Of a stretch of 14,413 bases of DNA, positions 7,689-14,413 are shown piece by piece. Made by a program: the position numbers and the translations under genes. The DNA is from Armatimonadota bacterium. GTDB lineage: Bacteria; Armatimonadota; Armatimonadia; Armatimonadales; Armatimonadaceae. The notes below the pieces were generated by a model. The model was given only the letters and a program-made list of their open reading frames with translations. It was not told where the DNA came from and ran no database searches. The first letter of the stretch is position 1; every line of letters starts with the position of its first letter. The stretch covers positions 1-14,413 of the forward strand of contig JAYUUO010000088.1 of NCBI GenBank assembly GCA_043754515.1. Direction: 5' to 3'.

Positions 7689-8663
7689 ATGAATAACTAC
7701 CTGTCCCAAAAGACGCCCGCCCGCCGACAGGCGAGCGGCGTTCTCAAACCCGCCGGAGCCGCGCCGCGCGGTTTCACACTGATAGAGCTACTCGTCGTCA
7801 TCGCGATAATCGCGATAATCGCCGCGATCTTGTTCCCCGTGTTCGCCCAGGCTCGGGCGAAGGCCCGGCAGACAGCCGACCTGTCCAACATCCGACAACT
7901 GGGCATCGCGATGATGATGTGTACACAGGATTATGACGAGACGACCGTGCGGACACACCACGATCTGGACACTGGGGAGACAGTGAAGAATCTTTACACG
8001 TGGTTCGACCCGCTCCAGTCGTACATAAAAAGCAAGGATCTCCTGACCGATCCGGGCCTGAACGATGACATCTGCCCGTACTACCCGACCACCGACAACG
8101 CGGCCACGGACACATACACGTCGAGCCATACGTATGTAGGGGGCGAGGCTCCGAACTGCATACTGCCGTCGCTACAAACCCTGCGGATATGGAACTCGCA
8201 CCACACGGATTACCCGGTTAACAGCCTCGCCTCACACGGGCTTCCGATCGCCGAGATATCCAGCCCGGCGCAACAGGTACTCTTCGGGGAGCGGCACGCG
8301 GGTCTGGCGATCTACGACTACCACCCCTGGCCGTCGGCCTCGAACGGCTCCTGGGAGCGCGGATACCTCGACGGGTCGCTCTTCCAACTCGACCCGGCCT
8401 CCTCGACCGGTGATCAGATCGCCGACTCGAAGAACCTGGGCCGTCATACAGGCGGCAACAACTACGGGTTTCTGGACGGCCACGCGAAGCGGTTCAAGTA
8501 CGGCAACACGCTGGACGCGACCCGCCCGGTGAAGAAGCCGGTGGGTGATAACCCGGACGCGGTGGCGGATATCAACACGTACTGTAACGTCGGCAACCTG
8601 CCGCGCCCGGACGTTTGCAACTGGGGGATGCACAACCATGACGACAAGCCGTCCAACGAATAG
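7689..8663 (+). CDS. Prepilin-type N-terminal cleavage/methylation protein with DUF1559 and H-X9-DG motif
   Basis: [35 protein letters not shown]...SNIRQLGIA...QDYDE and [19 protein letters not shown] 7689 has GAAAGG upstream and is preferred over TTG 7572. Confidence 0.93.
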   Translation: MNNYLSQKTPARRQASGVLKPAGAAPRGFTLIELLVVIAIIAIIAAILFPVFAQARAKARQTADLSNIRQLGIAMMMCTQDYDETTVRTHHDLDTGETVKNLYTWFDPLQSYIKSKDLLTDPGLNDDICPYYPTTDNAATDTYTSSHTYVGGEAPNCILPSLQTLRIWNSHHTDYPVNSLASHGLPIAEISSPAQQVLFGERHAGLAIYDYHPWPSASNGSWERGYLDGSLFQLDPASSTGDQIADSKNLGRHTGGNNYGFLDGHAKRFKYGNTLDATRPVKKPVGDNPDAVADINTYCNVGNLPRPDVCNWGMHNHDDKPSNE

Positions 8664-9017
8664 CGGTAAAAAGGGAGGTCACGGGCCGCGTTGTCGCGGC
8701 CTGATCGGGGTATTCGCCGTGTGCCTTCTGGCGGGGTGCGCACCGGGAGAGAATGTCGCCCCGCCGCCCGCCGCGCCCAAACCAGTCGTCGCCCCTCCAA
8801 CAAGCGCGACCGGGTCACCGCGCTTGCCGGTCGGGAGCAGGCGATCCCACAGGTGCGGATGACGAACGCGCCGCTGGGGGACACTGCCCCCGGCGGCGCG
8901 AAAACTGGAACACCGGCCGTCCCTCATCCGGCGACGGCGTCGGGCGCGGCTACACCCGTGCCCGCCGCCAACCGCCCTGCCGGAATAGAATCGCGGTCGC
9001 TACCCCCTGCACGATAG
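8638..9017 (+). pseudogene. Pro/Ala-rich lipoprotein, probably frameshifted
   Basis: ATG 8638 (GGGGGA upstream, overlapping the prepilin 3' end) reads [47 protein letters not shown] and stops at 8862. Adding one G at GGG 8833-8835 continues into EQAIPQVRMTNAPLGD... with GC-rich third positions, up to 9017. Confidence 0.55.
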
Positions 9018-10419
9018 TCGAGAACGACATCGCCCACCATGCGCCCGTGGTCCCGTAGCCGTGCGATAGCGCGAAATAGGCGAGTGGGACGCGCAGACAG
9101 AGCATGGTGGCGATGGTGATAAAAGTCGGCGACACGGTTTCGCCCGCGCCCTGTAGCGCGCCGGTCAACACCATGCCGAGCGCGAGGAACGGCTCCGACC
9201 ACGCCGCCGTTCGCAGGTACAGGATCGTCAGGGCCACCGTCTGCTCCACCTGCGCCGCGCGGGGTGCCGCTTCGTGCGGGAGGTGCGGGACGAAGAACCG
9301 CGCGAACGGCTCGGCGTACACCCAGAACAGCACGCCCATCGCGCTCATTACGGCGACCGCTTGCCACGTCGCGGCCCAACCGCCCGCGTTCGCGCGGTCG
9401 GGCTGTTTCGCGCCCAGGTTCTGCCCCACGAACGCCGATGCGGCGATGCTGTACCCGAAGCCGGGCATGAACGCCACGCTTTCCGAAACTAAGCCGACGC
9501 CAAGCGCCGCCACCGCCGCGTCCCCCGCGCCCAATTTGGCTAGAAGCATCTGGAACATCAGCATCGAGCCGACCCGCACCAGCTGCTGGCCCGACGCGGG
9601 TAGCCCGATCCGCGCGATACGTTTCGTCCAATCCCAATCAACGCGCGTGAAGAAATGAACGTGGGCCAGCCGGGAGCGGCGCAGGAAGATAACATAGAGG
9701 AGCGTTGACACGGCTTGCGAAATGGCGAGCGCAGTCGCGCCGCCCGGCAGACCGAGCTTCGGGAAGCCCCAGTTGCCGAAGATGAGCAGCCAGTTCAGCG
9801 ACGCGTGAACGGCGTTCGCGCCCAGCGTCACGTAAAACGGGCGCACGGTGTCGCCCATGCCCCGGAACGCGCCGTTCATGGTCAGCATCGCGAACAGGGT
9901 CGGCAGGCCGAGTATCGTAATGCCCAGGTACTGCGCCGCCAGATCCCGCGCCGCCGCCTTCAGCCCGAACGCTTCCAGGAGCGGGACGCGCAACAGCCAC
10001 ATCGGGACCGCGATCAGGACGGCCAGCACAATGGCGAGCAGTAGCGACTGCTCGGTCGCTTTTTCCGCCCGCTTCACATCCCCCTCGCCGATGGCGCGGG
10101 CGACCAGCGCGGTGGTGCCGACCGAGATCGCCATGCCCGCCGCCATCAGCGCGAACATGAGCGAACTAGACACCGTCACCGCCGCCTGCGCTTCCGGTCC
10201 CGCCTCCAGGTGCCCGACGAAGAAGCGGTCCAGAAAGCCGTTAGTGGTCTGCAAGAGCATCGTCGCGACGGACGGATACGCGAGCATGAAGACGCTTTTG
10301 GCGAGCGGCCCGTTCAGAATATCGGCGCGGACTTTGCCCTCGCTTTTCTGTTCGGGAGTCTCGGGTTCGGTGTCAGGTGTCGCGAATTCGGTAGGGCATG
10401 TCGGGGTTCCCGTGGGCAT
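8950..10419 (-). CDS. MATE family efflux transporter
   Basis: ILNGP...LAYPSV, DRFFVGHL, GTTALVARAIG, FRGMGDTVRP, LIFGNWGFPKLGLPGGA, IGLP, VGQNLGAK, LQGAGET; about 12 hydrophobic segments. The start could also be ATG 10399-region or later. Confidence 0.95.
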   Translation of the reverse strand: MPTGTPTCPTEFATPDTEPETPEQKSEGKVRADILNGPLAKSVFMLAYPSVATMLLQTTNGFLDRFFVGHLEAGPEAQAAVTVSSSLMFALMAAGMAISVGTTALVARAIGEGDVKRAEKATEQSLLLAIVLAVLIAVPMWLLRVPLLEAFGLKAAARDLAAQYLGITILGLPTLFAMLTMNGAFRGMGDTVRPFYVTLGANAVHASLNWLLIFGNWGFPKLGLPGGATALAISQAVSTLLYVIFLRRSRLAHVHFFTRVDWDWTKRIARIGLPASGQQLVRVGSMLMFQMLLAKLGAGDAAVAALGVGLVSESVAFMPGFGYSIAASAFVGQNLGAKQPDRANAGGWAATWQAVAVMSAMGVLFWVYAEPFARFFVPHLPHEAAPRAAQVEQTVALTILYLRTAAWSEPFLALGMVLTGALQGAGETVSPTFITIATMLCLRVPLAYFALSHGYGTTGAWWAMSFSTIVQGVATAILFRQGGWRRARV

Positions 10420-10558
10420 ATATAAACTTTCAAGGCGGGGAAAAGGCGCGGCATTCCCGCCGCCCTCGCACGCACCTTCTGACAGACAGCGGTCTACAGG
10501 ACTACGTTCCCCCTACATCCCGACAACGGTGCTATTTCTCGCCGCGCAACGTCGGGCA

Positions 10559-11065
10559 CTACTCCCCCGCCGTTTCGAGCGATTTCTTAAACGCCGCGTA
10601 CCGCGCGGCGTACTTTTCGCACGTGGCTTTGTTCCTGTACCGGATGCCGAACACAGTGCGGAATCCGTATTTATCGGTGGAGTCCAGCCACGAGCGGGAG
10701 TAGGAGCCGTCCCTCGCAGACACGGTTCGCCAATGAAAGACGCCCTTCGCGCTCTTCTCGTTGCGCGAGTCGGTCAGCGATTCGGTGGCCGACTCGCGCG
10801 AAACACCGTCTGGATTTTCCTTCGCGTCGGGCGCGGCAAAGTAGAACGCGACGCTCTTGTCGGGTGCCATAAACTCCACGCTGTCTTTGATCCCCCGGTG
10901 CGGGAACTCGCGCACGCTGAACCGCGCCGGGTAGCGCACCGTGAACTACGATCCGCCGCTCATCACGCCGGTATACTCGTGCGTGGTCTGAGGCCGCGCG
11001 GACGCCGGAGCGGTCATCAGCGTCGTTAGCACGAGGAGTGATGCGAAGCGGGATGTGGTGAGCAT
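10559..11065 (-). pseudogene. Secreted hypothetical protein interrupted by a single in-frame TAG
   Basis: ORFs 10946..11182 and 10559..10939 share one frame. ATG 11065 gives a signal peptide MLTTSRFASLLVLTTLMTAPASA, then RPQTTHEYTGVMSGGS*FTVRYPARF..., with TAG at 10946-10948. Confidence 0.75.
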
Positions 11066-11109
11066 TTTGTTTGAGGTTTCTGCATTGCTCGTACCCAGGA
11101 TGGCTAGGG

Positions 11110-11207
11110 GTTCATGCGTTCGGGCTAGTGCCGCGCCCCCTGGATCTCGCGGGGCCGTATCAGGACGGCGGTCCTTGTTCATGCGTTCGGGCTAGTGCCG
11201 CGCCCCC
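11110..11207. repeat. Two identical 31-bp direct repeats separated by a 36-bp unique spacer
   Basis: GTTCATGCGTTCGGGCTAGTGCCGCGCCCCC at 11110-11140 and 11177-11207; spacer TGGATCTCGCGGGGCCGTATCAGGACGGCGGTCCTT. Confidence 0.95.
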
Positions 11208-11254
11208 CCCCCCGCGCCCGACCGTGATACACTGACAACCGCGTACGCACCGTC

Positions 11255-12544
11255 ATGTCCGAGTCCTACCCTCCGCTCCACGTCGTGTTCGTCACCCCCA
11301 AAGGCTTCCAAACCGCGACCTCGCGCTACCGATGCCATCATCTCGCCGAGGCATTGACGCCTGGCGCGACGGTCAGCGTCCACTGCGTCACCGACACCCG
11401 CTTCCGCCTGTCCGCGCCCGACGTCGTGGTACTACACCGGCTCCGCTACCACGGCGAGGCGGACCGCGTACTCGCGGGTGCGCGGGCGGTCGGCGCGGTT
11501 ACCGTGGCGAGCGTAGACGATCTGATTTTCTCGCCCGAATACGCTATACAGATCGGATTCAACTCCCCGCCGGGCGACTCGGCGTTCTATCACTACAACC
11601 GCGCCGAGGGCGAAGACCACCTGCGGACCCTGCGCGAGTGCGACGCCGTGATCACCTCCACCGAGTTTCTGGCAAATGAGGCCCGAATCGCGCTCGGCGG
11701 CGCGAAGCCAGTCCACTGCGTCCGCAACTTCCTGAACGCCGAGATGGTCGCGTTAGCGGACGACGCGCACACGCTACGCGCGCGACGCCTCGCTACTTCC
11801 CCGCACGCCCGAACCCTCGCATACCTTTCCGGCTCCCCGACGCACAACCTCGACTTCGCGGAGATAGCCACCGCGCTCGCCCGCGTGATGGCGGCACGTG
11901 ACGAAACGCGCCTGTTGCTGGTTGGCACCGTGGCCCTGCCGAGAATATTGGAGCCATTCGCGGATGCCGGGCGGGTGCGCAGCCACCCGTTCGTCCCGTG
12001 GCGCGACCTGTTCGCGCTGACCGCGCAAGCCGATGTCACGCTGGCTCCGCTCGACGCGTCGCGCCTGTTCAACCACGCGAAGTCCGAGATCAAGGCGTTA
12101 GAGGCCGGTGCCGTCGGCATCCCTACGCTCGCGACGCATACCGGGGGCGCGGGCGAAGTGGACATCGGCATCGCGTGCCGCTCCCCCACCGACTGGGAGG
12201 CCGCCCTAAACCGTCTGCTCGATGACGACACCCGCGCGGAGGGCGGGATCGCCCGCGAATGGGTGCTCGCGAACGGCACGATTACGAGCCACGCGGAGGC
12301 GGTTGCCGCCATATTCGGGCAGATCACCGCGCACAAGGCAAGCACGACGGGACGGGTCGTCACTGTGTTCGCGCGGGTAAACTCGGGGGGGGTGGGTGTG
12401 ACACGTCGCGGCACCGCGACCGTTACCCGCCCGCTACGGGAGCGGATGGCCGAGTCGCTACGCGGCGTCGAAGCGGCATGGTTCGCCCGGAAGATCCGCC
12501 TGGAACGGCACTGGCGATTGTTGCGGGACTCACTCGGTGGGTGA
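11255..12544 (+). CDS. Glycosyltransferase (GT-B fold, GT4-like)
   Basis: TSRYRC, DVVVLHR, SVDDLIF, CDAVITSTEFLA, VRNFL, LAYLSGSPTHNLDF, FVPW, ADVTLAPL, FNHAKSEIKALEAGAVGIPTLAT. Confidence 0.9.
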   Translation: MSESYPPLHVVFVTPKGFQTATSRYRCHHLAEALTPGATVSVHCVTDTRFRLSAPDVVVLHRLRYHGEADRVLAGARAVGAVTVASVDDLIFSPEYAIQIGFNSPPGDSAFYHYNRAEGEDHLRTLRECDAVITSTEFLANEARIALGGAKPVHCVRNFLNAEMVALADDAHTLRARRLATSPHARTLAYLSGSPTHNLDFAEIATALARVMAARDETRLLLVGTVALPRILEPFADAGRVRSHPFVPWRDLFALTAQADVTLAPLDASRLFNHAKSEIKALEAGAVGIPTLATHTGGAGEVDIGIACRSPTDWEAALNRLLDDDTRAEGGIAREWVLANGTITSHAEAVAAIFGQITAHKASTTGRVVTVFARVNSGGVGVTRRGTATVTRPLRERMAESLRGVEAAWFARKIRLERHWRLLRDSLGG

Positions 12545-12569
12545 GAGGACGCTGCCCGCTCACATCGGG

Positions 12570-12575
12570 TATACT
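12570..12575 (+). promoter_or_regulatory. -10 box, probably a leaderless promoter of the SLH gene
   Basis: TATACT ending 6 nt before ATG 12582, with no Shine-Dalgarno sequence. Confidence 0.55.
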
Positions 12576-12581
12576 ACCGCC

Positions 12582-13148
12582 ATGAAATCAGCCACTCTTT
12601 TCGCCGTGTGCCTCGTCTGCGCGGCAACCGTAACCGCCTCCGCTCCCGCCTTCGCGCAGGGGAACGCGTTCCCCGATGTTCCCGCCGGACACTGGGCGGC
12701 ACCGGGCGTGAACGCGCTCGCGAAAGCCGGGATCATCGTCGGCTACGGCTCCTCGCCGTTCGCGGTCGGCGCGCCCTCCAAAAAGAAGGTCGTATATGAC
12801 GGTAAAAAGCCCGTCACCCGCTATGAGTTGGCGGTGACCCTGTACCGCTTCGTCAACTACATGGATCAGGTGAGCAAGATGCCGAAGAGCAAGACCGGCG
12901 CGTTCGCCGCGCCGAAGGGCGGCCCGGACGCGGTGAAGTCACTACTCGCGGGTGGCTACATCGCGCCCAACTCGCCGTTCGCGAAGAATGCCACTGCGGC
13001 GGGCGGTGGTAATAAGCCGGTGACGGCGAACGAGTTCACCAAAGCCCTTGGCGACGTTCTGACTAAAGTGCAGGAAACCCGCACGCCGGTCAGCAAGGAT
13101 TCTGGACTCGACATCACGCGGCCCGGTAACGAGACGCGTACCGACTAA
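12582..13148 (+). CDS. Secreted S-layer homology (SLH) domain protein
   Basis: Signal peptide MKSATLFAVCLVCAATVTASAPAFA, then FPDVPAGHWA...LAKAGIIVGY...YDGKKPVTRYELA; a degenerate second unit (GYI...NKPVTANEF). ATG 12582 is preferred over GTG 12537. Confidence 0.88.
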   Translation: MKSATLFAVCLVCAATVTASAPAFAQGNAFPDVPAGHWAAPGVNALAKAGIIVGYGSSPFAVGAPSKKKVVYDGKKPVTRYELAVTLYRFVNYMDQVSKMPKSKTGAFAAPKGGPDAVKSLLAGGYIAPNSPFAKNATAAGGGNKPVTANEFTKALGDVLTKVQETRTPVSKDSGLDITRPGNETRTD

Positions 13149-13243
13149 ATAGCGCGTTCGGCGACGCCGCCGCGACTGCTCCGGTTAGCCGCTGGCGGTG
13201 CCGAACGTGGGCGGGTCTTTCTGCTCGGCAGGCGTCGCGCTGA

Positions 13244-14320
<1,077 letters not shown>

Positions 14321-14326
14321 TAAGTC

Positions 14327-14413
14327 GGCCCCTGGCTAGGGGTCGTGGGGTGCGGGCGGGTCGCGACGACCCGCCGCACGCTCCTCCCGCCGCGACTCGC
14401 CGCACGCACCCCA
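14327..14413 (+). terminator. Hairpins downstream of mdh (terminator- or REP-like)
   Basis: GGCCCCT-ggct-AGGGGTC immediately after the stop; TGGGGTGCG.GGCGGGTCGCG (14346-14365) pairs with CGCGACTCGCC...CGCACCCCA (14391-14413). No U-tract is visible before the window ends. Confidence 0.4.

Noticed and set aside
10946..10948. Genome-wide stop-codon reassignment
   Set aside because: TAG, TAA and TGA all end well-supported genes at the expected positions in this window.
9848..11029. 393-aa + strand ORF
   Set aside because: Antisense shadow of the MATE gene and the secreted-protein gene; no recognisable motifs; long antisense frames are common in GC-rich DNA.
11110..11207. Calling this a true CRISPR array
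   Set aside because: Only two repeats and no cas genes in the window; kept as a repeat and a finding.
11593..12414. 273-aa minus-strand ORF
   Set aside because: Antisense shadow of the glycosyltransferase.

Overview
GC-rich bacterial chromosomal region. The DUF1559/H-X9-DG prepilin-like gene plus an SLH-domain protein suggest Armatimonadota (inference). Intact genes: HD-domain hydrolase, small RGGFG lipoprotein with a glutathionylspermidine-synthase-like ATP-grasp ligase, mutS2, MATE transporter, GT4-like glycosyltransferase, SLH protein, mdh. Accessory or decaying elements sit between them: the 3' end of a DsbA-like gene, a 5'-truncated Rpn-family gene beside a lower-GC beta-propeller gene, and a secreted-protein gene broken by one TAG. 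The most notable feature is not visible in the ORF track: a disrupted DUF2946-like leader ORF (hydrophobic segment, HHH, CxxC, C-terminal RGPP) followed by a structured spacer that may hide the ribosome-binding site of the prepilin-like gene. This suggests a metal-responsive ribosome-stalling switch on a pseudopilin-like operon. Also present: a 31-bp direct-repeat pair with a 36-bp spacer and several leaderless-type promoters. All calls are by eye; no searches or folding were run.
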